A stretch of 64,000 bases of DNA. Source: Octopus sinensis (taxonomy: Eukaryota). Below the pieces are notes generated by a model. It ran no database searches, was not told the origin of the DNA, and was given only the letters and a program-made list of their open reading frames with translations. The position numbers and the translations under genes were made by a program. The DNA is taken from positions 13,578,001 to 13,642,000 of the forward strand of contig NC_043009.1 in the NCBI RefSeq assembly GCF_006345805.1, in the 5' to 3' direction. Below, in pieces: positions 25,627 through 39,225 of this stretch; position 1 is the stretch's first letter; each line of letters begins with the position of its first letter.

Positions 25627-26909
25627 CGAGGGGCGTTCAATAAGTAATGCCTCTGACCCACTTGCAGTTGTTGGATCTAGCTGAAATTTCGCATGTTCAA
25701 TTACTTATATCTCTATAGATTAAGTGGAAAATTACAGCTCTGAACTAATTGTGGTTTCCGATTTACAGGTGTTTGAACTGAGTCAAGTGTGAAATGGAGC
25801 ATGTTGAGTGTCGAGCAGTGATCCGGGTTTTGTATTTGAAAGGACGCACACCACGGGAGACTTTTGATGAAATGAAAGTAACTTATGGTGATGATGCCCC
25901 ATCATATGACCTTGTAAAACGATGGCTTCGTGAATTCAAATATGGTCGGAACTCTGTGGAAACAGCTCCCAGATCTGGTCGCCCCCTTCTGCCATTGATG
26001 AGGCATCTGTCTGTCAAGTTGAGGCTGCCATTTTGGAAGATCGACGCATAACTATTCGCCAAATAGCCCATGAGGTCAAGATTAGTACCGGGTTTGTGGA
26101 AACTATCATTCATGACCATTTGCATATGCAAAAGGTGTCTGCCAGATGGATTCCCAGGTTGCTCACACCTTTCCAGAAGCAAGAACGCGTCGATTGCTCG
26201 AGGATGAATTTGGAGATGTGCCGAGAAGATGAGTCAAAATTTTTCAAAAGACTGATTGCATAGGATAAAACCTGGGTCCATCACTATGATCCAGAGACCA
26301 AAGCCCAGTCAATGCAGTGGAAGCACCGTGACTCACCTCTTCCAAAGAAGGCAAGGCTGCTGCCCTCCGCTGGCAAGGACATGCTTACAGTCTTCTGGGA
26401 CCAGGACGGAGTAGTGAAGACAGATTTCCTGGCAAAGGGTACCACAATTACAGGAGTCTATCATGCTTCACTTTTGAGGAAATTAAGAGAAGCTATCAAA
26501 ATCAAGAGGCGGGGCAAGATCAGCAAAGGCATCCTCCTCCTGCAGGACAACGCTCCGATCCACAACTTGCGTGTCGCCAGATCAGAAGCACAGGCGTGCG
26601 GCTATGAACTCATCCCCCATCCTCCTGACCTTGCGCCCTCTGATTTTCACCTCTTCCCAGCCATGAAGTTGTTTTTGAAAGGAAAGCGTTTCCCAGATGA
26701 TGCAGCCTTGATTTCTGAAGTCACGTCGTGGTTGGAGGACCAAGCTGGGGTCTTCTACAAAAACGGTCTTCAGAGCTGCATCAAACGATGGGAGAAATGC
26801 GTAACTCTGGGTGCTTCCTATGTAGGAAAAGACTAATAACTGTTCCAAGTTTCGTTGCTCTACTTCTATGGGAAGTGGGTCAGGGGCATTACTTATTGAA
26901 CGCCCCTCG
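25627..26909 (+). mobile_element. Full-length mariner (irritans/Hsmar2-like), few lesions
   Basis: TIR CGAGGGGCGTTCAATAAGTAATGCC with TA TSDs at 25625 and 26910; ORF pieces 25794..26051, 26033..26263 and 26312..26836 with WIPRLL, DKTW, QDNAP and HPPDLAPSDFHLF. Confidence 0.97.
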
Positions 26910-27356
26910 TACATATATATATATGATAGCCTATTTTATGATTTAATGGTCCTTGCATGAAATTTTTGTCTATATTTTAGACAAATATTACCCAGACGAG
27001 ATTCATATACATAAATGGGATTTTTTTTTATAAATTCACTGTTGGATTTGAATCGAAACAAATTTTAGGAAGTATATTTGTTTTAATTATTTGTTATATT
27101 ATATTATATCTTCTTATACTATAATTACGTTATATTATAATCTTAATAAATTTATAATATATCAATTGTATTTCTTTATTTCCTTTAATATTTATATATT
27201 GAAATTATACGATTATAAGTTCCGATTTTCTTCTCTACTATATTGCGGTATTTAACTGAAGAACCAGTGAAAATTGGATATTTTCTATTCCTTTGAAAGA
27301 AACTGTTTTTCTTTGGATTGAACATATATATACACACACAGATATATATATATATA

Positions 27357-27519
27357 GTCGCAGGAATGGCTATGTGGTAAGAAGCCTGCCTCCAAACCAC
27401 ATTGTTTCGGGTTCAGTCCCACTGCGTGGAACCTTGGGCAATTGGCGTGTACTATAGCGTCGGTCCGACAAAAAACTTGTGAGTGGATTTGGTTGACGGA
27501 AACTGAAAGAAGGCCGTCG

Positions 27520-27552
<33 letters not shown>

Positions 27553-27788
27553 TATATATATATTATATGTGTGTGTTTGTGTGTGTGTACATGTTTATGT
27601 GTCTGTGTTTGTCCACCTACCAACACATGACAACCGATGTTAGCGTGTCTCCGTCCCCGTTAGTGGGGGTTCGGCAATGAGAGAACGATATATTAAGAAT
27701 AAATCCTGGGGTTGATTTTTTTCTACTAAAGATGGTGCTCCAGCATGGCCGCAGTCAAATGACTGAAACAAGTAAAAGAGTAAAAGAG
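27357..27788 (+). mobile_element. tRNA-derived SINE with internal microsatellite and (GTAAAAGA)n tail
   Basis: Complete head-core-tail; tail GGTGCTCCAGCATGGCCGCAGTCAAATGACTGAAAC. Confidence 0.92.
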
Positions 27789-29009
27789 TATATATATATG
27801 TATGTATATATATTTATATACCAAGAACTAACTTGAATTCATCGTCTAGAATACTCCTTCAATGCAGATACAACAGAGGCAGCTCCTGCCAAATCTCCAC
27901 TGAATCCGTCTGCATAGCTTTAGAAAATATCCTCTAATGATGCAAGACCAGTCTCGAATTTCCTCTTTAAAACTATTTTGAAAAACTAGTAGTTTCCCCA
28001 GAAAGTTTAGGGGAGCAGTAGACCACAATTGTGCATAACTAACTAACTAACTAACTTTCTCACATAGCTGAAAACGTTCTCGCGTGGCTACTATTTTGTA
28101 TGCAAATACGCTACTCGATCCAAAGAATATTCATTCGCTTAATGGACTAGAAGTTCCTAATTTATCTGATCCAAAGACGCGCTGTCCTAATTCTCTATCT
28201 TTCCTACCTGTCATAGAACAGTTAATATTCCTTGAAACACAAATGACCCTAAATCATCTGTACTCAGTAACTCCAGATATACTAGACGCCCTTTCTCTCT
28301 TCAGAAGGGTTATTTCCCCAAATATCTAGGATTTCAATAACCACTACGCTTTGTTTCTCCTCTTCAGAAATCGTGCTGGGGAAATCCCCACCGTACTTGT
28401 GTTATCGGCTGTCGTCGACTTTACAGTGTTCACAATGGAGGTAAACCCTTCGATCTCAGAAAGTAATCGGTTATTTTATCAGATAAAATAGAATGAAACA
28501 AACGTATGTAGGAGTAGTTTAGTAGTCTATAGAAGGTAAGGAAAGCGAAGGGATCAATAGTGACTGTTCAATGAAGCTATAAGCGGGCATCTTAAAAAGT
28601 TGTAAAAGACTATATTATTTCAAGAATTAGCCTATCTGTTACACACATATACACGAATACAGATATAAACTTACACACATTCATGCAAAGAGGGAGAGAG
28701 AGAGGGGGGAGGGGGAGAAAGAAAGAAAGGGAGAGAGGTAGGGAGGGAGGGAGGTAGAGAGAGAAACGAAATAATGAAAATTATAAGAAATAAAATTTTA
28801 TATTTCTGACTGAAATAACTAAGAAACCTAGAAAGTACTACTAATAAACTTATTTCCCAATTTATTGAGAACGACATCCGAAATATTTCCGCAAAGAAAA
28901 TCTTACTAATTCCATAGTAAGTAAATAAAAAAAATCTTTGAAAAACCTCTAGGAAAACATTCATTTTTCAAAAGAACCTAAATGATGCTACAGATCTATA
29001 CAGTTGTTG

Positions 29010-29500
29010 AATTCACTCATCACTACAACATAACCTAAGAATGTTCAACAAAAAGACACTTGCAATCTGGCTTTGGTCGACTAACATAAGTATTTTGATA
29101 ACGTTACGTACAACATGGATTCTGTAAATATTCTCCATGAATAATGCAGCTCCAAATGTAAGCAATAAATTGAATACCTCATGAATAAATGGCAAACCAT
29201 TCTGCAGATATTGACAATAGAGTGAGTTATTCAAAGAAATTCCATTTGTTTGGAAGAAAAATATTCTGAGGGTGCTACTTATCTGTGCCCCTTCTCTGGA
29301 TTGCATTAATACCTTCAAGCAACGGGCTAAAGAAGATTGGACATCGATACAAATGCTATGGGAGAGCAATAAATATTTTGTTATACATGAACGATCCAAC
29401 GTTGTTCGCTGCAAATCATTACCAACTATCTCTCAGAAGTAAAGGATTTTGTAGAAACATCAATATGGAATATGAGTTAGGAAAAAGACTTGAATGGAAT
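29010..29500 (+). mobile_element. Old R4/Dong-type RT fragment
   Basis: PLLWIALIP..IGHRY..INILLYMNDPTLFA parallels the YMDD region of the 2701-4950 element. Confidence 0.72.
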
Positions 29501-30501
29501 ACAATTAATTGATAATAATAAAGTAATACTGTGCGAGGAAACATAGATGAATTGAAAACACACATTTTAAAATACTTATGAATTAATGTACCCCACATTG
29601 TACAACGTAAACAAATGAAAATAAGTTCAAGAAAACTCTAAACGCATGAGAATAATTTAAAACATCTCTAAAATGAAATTTTAAAAAGTAATATGTATAA
29701 ATACTCTAGCTGTACGACAAATGAATTATGGTTATATTCTCAAATAGATGCTAAGTGAATGATAATGACTAAAGAAAAAGTAAATATGAAAAATATTGAC
29801 AGCTAGCGAGTATCACCCAGCAGTGAGGTAAGCAAATAGTACATTTTGATTAGTTTGTTTATTGGTTGTAATACATCAACAATAAAATACGATACAGTAA
29901 ATATGATTAATATTAGTATGAAATACGAGTAAATCAAATAACACAGTTTATTGTCTTGAAAAACAAAACAGAAGCTGACATGGTTCACAGTTTAAAAGTG
30001 GAAGAAGAGTCTTATTATTATCAGTTAAAACTAGAAAAAAAGCACCATGCTAAACGGTGGCAAGAAAAGTTTTTATTTGGTCAACATCTGAAAACCTAAA
30101 GAGTGTAAACAGGAAAATTGCAAATTTCAGAGATAAATGCTGAAATCAAAGCAAATGTCACAGAAACCCTTAAAGCACATAACAAAATGATATGGAATAA
30201 CTGCTGAATGTGCGCAAGTTGAAGATAAATATAATCACAATATTTCAGTGTTCAGTCTTAAACAAGAGAGAATACATATTCGAACATAAAAATCTAGGAT
30301 TTTTATTGTGAGAATTATGCCGGTATAATAAAATACAAACAGAAAAGATATTTTATAAACATGAAACAGTAAAAGGTTTATGATACCGATAAAGAAACCA
30401 TAATTTGAGATATGCCAGTTCTCGCAAACACGAAGAACAAGTGGTTAGTTTCAGATTATTAGGATTATCGGCATGCTATTAAGAACGTGCCAAAAAACCA
30501 A

Positions 30502-30545
30502 CATGGCTGCGGCCTTCGGGCTAAAACATTTTTAAGGATTTAAGG
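30502..30545 (+). mobile_element. Extreme 3' tip of the CR1/L2-type LINE
   Basis: Near-identical to 14232-14277. Confidence 0.8.
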
Positions 30546-31388
30546 AAGAACATTACCTACATCGCATTCATTAAGATATTCTAACTGGCTGTATTAGAAA
30601 ATTATTTGTTCTTTACACAACCATGAGACACGAGTGATCTTGACGAGTGAGACCCTTTTCTTGAAAGTAACATGACTTTAATTTGTGTTCATTCCTTATC
30701 ACACTTTATAACTCAGCAGCCCAGTTTGCCCCACTCCGTCACATGACGATAGTGTAGCGTCACTTAGACAGAGCGGATTCTACTTGAGAACATCGGTTCC
30801 TATTCCTGAGATCGGGGGACTGAGAAATGAATTCTCCAGAAATTGTCAGAGTTGCAACCAGTAGTGCTCTAAAAACATGGAATTACCGGAATTTCCTGTT
30901 CCTGTTCTCTTACTATCCGCTACTTCACATAATTTGCCTTTTCAGATCGTTTTGTAAGACAGATTTTAGATACATAATATCAAAATCGAACAGTCATTCG
31001 ATTGGCTTTTATTTCTACATTCAGAATGCTGTTCAAATCAAAGTGATCTATCCAATTTACAGGATCCCTTACCGGTTTTAAGCCGCTCTCCTTAGAAATT
31101 TTAACACAGTTGTAACTCTCGCATGATAATGCAGTATAGGAGTGAAACTAGTTCGTTCTGCTGTCCCCACGCAGTTATTGTAAATACAATGTGTTTACAT
31201 TCATATTTTCATCAGGTTTTCTCAAAACTTAAAAAGTATATTCTATAATAGAACAATATAGCAAAATTTTTGTTACATTGGTAAATTGAAAATACTACGT
31301 GAAATTACTCAAATCACTAAGACGTTGTTTCTTATGTCTGTTTGTGTGTGTGAGTCAGTCTATGTGTGTATGTAAATATGTATATAAC

Positions 31389-31481
<93 letters not shown>

Positions 31482-31534
31482 CTGGGGAGAGCCATTCTGT
31501 TTTAATGCCGTATTAATTGACACACTCGCCGGTT

Positions 31535-32415
<881 letters not shown>

Positions 32416-32519
32416 GCACATATTTGTGTCAAGCAAGACAAAACAATGTATATATATATCACTAAGTACATATACATACATACCAAAAGCCTGACTCCAA
32501 TCTTAAGTATATAACTATT

Positions 32520-33700
32520 GGAAGTAATCGTGTCGGATCTGGAAAAATATTTTTGTTTACGATATTTTTAATAAGGATATTTTTAAACAGAAACGCTGAC
32601 TATTATATTATAGCACTCAGCAAAGCTGGGTGTGGACAGAAATCAATGCATTATGCGCAAAAAAAGGACCATGGTTGCTCTGATTGCCTGGATGTTACTC
32701 AAAATAGCAATCATTTTAAAGGACACGGTAGAATTAGAAATAGGTGTAGAAATAATAAGGGTAAACGTCCAATAAATAACAATGATATACAGAATATGAA
32801 AACCAATTTACTGTCAAGTTAGGACTTGGAGCAGTTGAACGAAAGACAAAGCACTTATATGTATAGTAAGGTTCGAAAATTCGAAAATTGTCACGTATCC
32901 TCTGATAAGAACAACCTTATTTGGATGATTATTCCATTCGCCAAACAAATTAAGAATAATTTAGTAGGATTCTTATACAAATATTTTTATAAGCGTTTTG
33001 TCAAGGGAAATAGGTATTATGATATAATTAACCGTAGAATTTTCAGAGTTGCATTTTCGGTCTCTAACAGGTCCCAGATTATTTCTTCACCTAATGAACG
33101 AAGATCATCTGATTTTTATAACAATAAACATATAATTAAATGCAACAATTATGGAAAAAATGTACCAGGAGAAATAACCCACATTAAATCTCATCTCAAC
33201 CTGAAGAGTATAGGTAACACTGTAAATAGCAATTACACCGTATGTAAAGTTATAAATCAAAATAATATGAATAGTAATGATAATATGCATTGTGATTGCA
33301 AGGTTAAATGTAACTGTTTATTTAAAGATCGTTGTAATCAAAAGAATGTAGTATATAATTGTAGAGTGATATCTGAAGATAAAAGTTTGTTTTACATCGG
33401 GATAACGAAAATTTACATAAAAAATGCATCTCGAATTGCTTTACACCTTCAGTAATAGAAACAAGTCATATAGTCCCAGCCTCAGTAAATTTATTTCAGA
33501 ATTAAAAGACAAGAATAAAATCTTTTCTATGGAGATTGTAAGCAAGACTAGTGCCTAAATTTGGAAACACCTTTTGTTTTCGCTGTATGGAGGAACTTTT
33601 TCAAATCTTGTATTCAAGGCATCGACTCCTGAATGCGCGGCGGGAGACTGATTTTTTCTGTGTTCACGCCTGTAAATATGTTTTCAAAAACAGCCATTAG
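32520..33700 (+). mobile_element. Penelope-like element relic: RT thumb, linker and C-terminal GIY-YIG endonuclease (Nematis-like by inference)
   Basis: ORF 32826..33455 IWMIIPFAK..INRRIFRVAFS..CDCKVKCNC..C..KNVVYNCRV..FYIGITK, continuing in other frames as SLSKFISELK..CFRCMEE..LLNARRE. Confidence 0.82.
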
Positions 33701-34725
33701 ATGTGATTTAAAGAATAAATTATATGTAATTATAAATTACTGGAACCTTGAATCAGGCGGTATCTCATTATTAATATGCTTACATCTGTAACTAAAACGA
33801 TTGAATAATTCTTAATAGATATCGTGTCAATATCAAAGTATAAATGAAATGGTTAATATGAATATAAGGTTTTATGTATATGTAACAGTAGTATATATTA
33901 TATATAGTTTACTTAAATTTTAATTTAGGCATGAACGTCGAGAATCTGTTATTAATGCTTATGAATGGTTAATTCATATAATTTCATATATACAGGTATT
34001 TGATTATGCAATTGTTTACCTGTATAATGGGATCCAGTTGTATTTCCTCAGGTAATTTTCAATTGTTGTCCCCGTTAGTAGAAAAGCTCGACTTCGATGC
34101 CAGCACATCCAGCTGATTTGTTTGAATTCAGTCGACGCTGGCAGCTTCATTCCGATTGCTGTTAACGTGGTTCTGCGTGCTTGCTATGATATTGGATGTA
34201 CTGACTGTTTATTTAGATACTATCCGATCTTTGGTTTGTTCTTCATATTAAGCTTCACATGTGAAATATTATTATCCAAAATGTTCATTTTTTAGTTGGA
34301 ATGGGGATCTCCTTTAACGAGAAGTCTAGAATTCTTTGACCCTTTGTAGCACTCTGAAACAAACAAAAGAGACTTCGATCAATTATCTGGTTTCTGTCAA
34401 TGCCATTTACAATATATTCCGTTAGGAACGTAGCAGAGGGCTGTATAGATCTCGTTTATCCTTAGAATTACCGAATAGCTGATAAAAATACGATAAACTT
34501 CCAAGTCTAGATTTTCACATTCGTCGAGTGTGAAAATAATATTGAATAATTTCCTAACGAATATACCTTATATAACATTGACAAAAACCAGATAAACGGG
34601 TTTGGATAAATATTTTAGAAAATGTTTAGTTTCATTTGTTAATATTTATATTAACGACATCAGAGATTGTTGAAAATCGGATGTAATTTATGTCCAACAA
34701 AAAACTGATAATGATAATGATGAAT

Positions 34726-34761
<36 letters not shown>

Positions 34762-35029
34762 GTACTGCTGGTGATGGTATTGATAATATTGATGATGATG
34801 ATGACGACGACTACGATGATAATAATGATGGCGAAGATAGAATTCAGAACGATAAACATTGTATGGGAAATAATCCGTTAAATGGTTCTTAATAATCCAT
34901 TAAAAATGGTTTAAAAATAATTTTCACTGAAATATTCTTCAATTATTGAATTTTAGAAATTAAGTATGCCTAACTGACCTCTGAAAAGAAGTTTAATCCG
35001 AAAAAGCTTATTTTATCTTTAGGCTGAAT

Positions 35030-36310
<1,281 letters not shown>

Positions 36311-36325
36311 TATGTGTGTATGTAC

Positions 36326-36365
<40 letters not shown>

Positions 36366-36713
36366 ATGGATGGATTTATGTCTACTCATATACGGATAAA
36401 CATTGAAAATCTGTCACTTGTTTCACAATTATTCCGCAGACTGGATAAAAACTAATTCACAATGAATGCAGTATTAGTATCGAATAGCATTTTTTATAAC
36501 CTACTTAATGTGGATATACGGTAAGAACGAACGCCATACGAATATGGTATGCCTATTGAGTATATGTTATTCCTATTAAGAACTCCTATTGAGAAAGAAT
36601 CGTATATTGTCATACGAGCATAGAGAACTTATGTTGGTATAGACTTACACACACACACACATACGAACACACAAACAGACGAACACACACACACACACAT
36701 GCATACATATATA

Positions 36714-37569
36714 CGAGGTTTGATCAATAGGTATCCGGACTGCTGCCATATTAGCTATGCTAAAGCCCGCAGACTGAAGCTGCTTGGCAGAGATTGACCT
36801 TAAGCTATTCTGTGCATGTTTTAACGTTCTAGCTCACTTCTGATGTTTACAACAGTGCTTGGAAGGAAGGTGTGTAGCGTGCGACCGTCGCATTCGCAAT
36901 GACAGAGAAATTTGAGCAGAGAATTTGCATCAAATTTTGCCAAAAATAAAGTTTTCTAAAGTGTTTCATCGTTCTCGATACAATCAAGATATTGTGCTGC
37001 TGAAAATCCAGTGTCTTTTTGGTTACCTGAAAACAGTTTTGGCAGAAACTTGGCAGAAATGCTTCTCATACCCAAATCTTCAGTGATAATGGTGTGAATT
37101 GAACCGTGTCTTATCTGCACATCGTCTGACAACTCACGGGCGGTGATATGACGACTTCCCCTCACAGCTGTACGCACATCTGTGATGTTTTCCTCTGTTC
37201 CGCTGGTTGCAGGTCTCCCAGAACGTTCGTCAATAGCGACATTCTTCGTCCAGGTCTTCGAAACGTTTGAACCCCTAATGCACTTGTGTGCGACTCATAC
37301 ACTCTTCTCCATAAACTTGCTGCAAATTTGTGTAGGCTTCTGAGCAGGTGTCGCTATGACAACTTTCCCTGTCATGGCCAATGCGACGATCACACGCTAT
37401 ACACGTTCCCTCCAAGCATTGCTGTAAACAGTGGAAGTGAGGTAGAGCGTTAAGACTTAGTGCGCATGCACAGCACACTGCAAGGTCAATTTGTGCTTAG
37501 CTGCTTTACTTTGCGTGCTTTAGCTTTGTTACTATAGTAACAATCCGAATACTTGTTGATCAGATATCG
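36714..37569. mobile_element. Non-autonomous mariner derivative with two inverted 5' ends
   Basis: Left arm = TIR + 5'UTR + MTEKFEQRICIKFCQK (+); right arm = TIR + 5'UTR + N-terminal ORF to DCIENDETL (-); TA at both ends. Confidence 0.85.
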
Positions 37570-37606
<37 letters not shown>

Positions 37607-37609
<3 letters not shown>

Positions 37610-38097
37610 AAAAAAGCAACAAGAATGGATCAATATATCGGTACAATTGTTTCGTACGAGGACATCTTTAATAAAGCTACAAAAATTGCAGTAAATATAG
37701 GTGGCTCGTACTCATCAGCCGAAAACACATCAGAGATTCCCAAACATCAAAGGGGGTAATGTTACACTTATGAAACATCATGGAAAATTCTATAAAAATG
37801 AGAATTTAGATAACATATTGGTTTCTAAGAGTTCAATTAGTATTACACAGTCATATATCAGGTTATTAAAAAGTTTTTTCAAAACATCCTAGTTTTCCAG
37901 AGAGTGAAGATAAAAATGAGGGTGTGAGTTTAACTGTATTGAAGAAAGTTTGATTTCTGGAGATCCGATGAGAGGTCTTGAACTTACAGAATATGTGCTT
38001 GTCTATATATAGTTCATAGTAAATTGTTAATCAAGCTATGTGAAGAAATTTTGGATACAATCGTGCGAAATTTCTGAGAACTGCTGTATTATAATCC

Positions 38098-38100
<3 letters not shown>
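37607..38100 (-). mobile_element. PLE-like 3' end / pseudo-LTR between (TA)n tracts
   Basis: Carries hammerhead C and runs into (TA)n ~35 nt after the cleavage site; upstream extent uncertain. Confidence 0.55.
37638..37722 (-). ncRNA. Type-I hammerhead ribozyme C (fully canonical core)
   Basis: UCGG CUGAUGA GUACGAG[...]CUCGUAC GAAA C-AAUU-G UA^ CCGA; G10.1-C11.1 pair; cleavage predicted between 37642 and 37641. Confidence 0.9.
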
Positions 38101-38136
<36 letters not shown>

Positions 38137-39139
38137 TGTCTTAGTAACAGTAATATGATGTCTATGTATAAATATCGATGAAATTTCAGAACGTATTTTC
38201 ATGGAAACAATCAAATCAAGATTGAATATTATCTGTAACAGTCAGAAGAACGGTTATTGAAAATTTATATAACAGAGATGAATTTGAAAACTAATTAAAT
38301 TACAAGTAATTTAAGAATGAATAAGCGTGATATATGAAGATTCTATCAACCAAATATATAAATATAACCAATCTGTCCTTTGAGAATTAGAAGGTTATGC
38401 CTATAAAATTCTACGATACACAATATTGATTATGCGATGGCCAAATAAAACCCAAACTGCTAGTGGAGAAAATAGGATTGCTGTGTATCGATTCCTCAAA
38501 CAGAATTTTGCCTCAAAACTTCTGCTTAGTAATAACAATTTAAATGGCTTGCTCACAAAACATTCTGAAATAGCACTGAAACAAGAAGCTATTCACAGAA
38601 AAGAACCTGATATCGTCATTCTAAATATTTTACAACAATATTGTACGACAATAGTAACTTGACTAACCTTATCTCGATTTACATCATTGTTAAGCAATTA
38701 CAACTATTTTCATAAAGGTAATGGTTGAAAGAATTAGCAGACCGTCAGGCAAAGTACCATGCAGTGTTAGTTGTAATTCATTACGTTCTGAGTTCAAATT
38801 TCACTGAATACAAGTCTTCAATTCCCATACTTACATTTTATTCAAACTACGTAACAGACAAGTATTGACGTCGACGTAATTTGATATACGTATCTACAGA
38901 TTTCGTGCGTTGGATGGCAGAAGTGGTCGAGCGTTATTTCGTTACGAATCCAGTTATATTTCGATTTCAAGTTTTGTTTTCAGAATTGAGTTTGAGATTC
39001 ATTGACCTGGGATTTAAAAATATATAATCGCCATCAAGATCGGGTTTCATATGAAAACCTTTTCACCAAAATGCTTTTGCCATTCGTTCTACTTTGGTAA
39101 TTAATATCTTCATAGCAATGTTACTTTTAATCATTACCG

Positions 39140-39160
39140 CCACCACAACCATCGTCATCG

Positions 39161-39195
<35 letters not shown>

Positions 39196-39225
39196 GTCGT
39201 CGTTGTTGTCATCATCATCATCATG
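39140..39225. repeat. (CAT)n microsatellite
   Basis: Direct reading. Confidence 0.95.

Noticed and set aside
27250-27290. Minimal CUGAAGA-ACCAGU-GAAA motif
   Set aside because: Stem I only 2 bp.
34000-34060. CUGAGGA...UAAACAAUUGCA (minus)
   Set aside because: GAAA and U16.1 are both altered and stem II is poor.
34010-34200. Short minus-strand frame ending at CAG|GTAAAC, plus a GCCAGC/GCTGGC hairpin
   Set aside because: No recognisable product, donor-like words occur on both strands, and the hairpin is too short and irregular for a pre-miRNA call.
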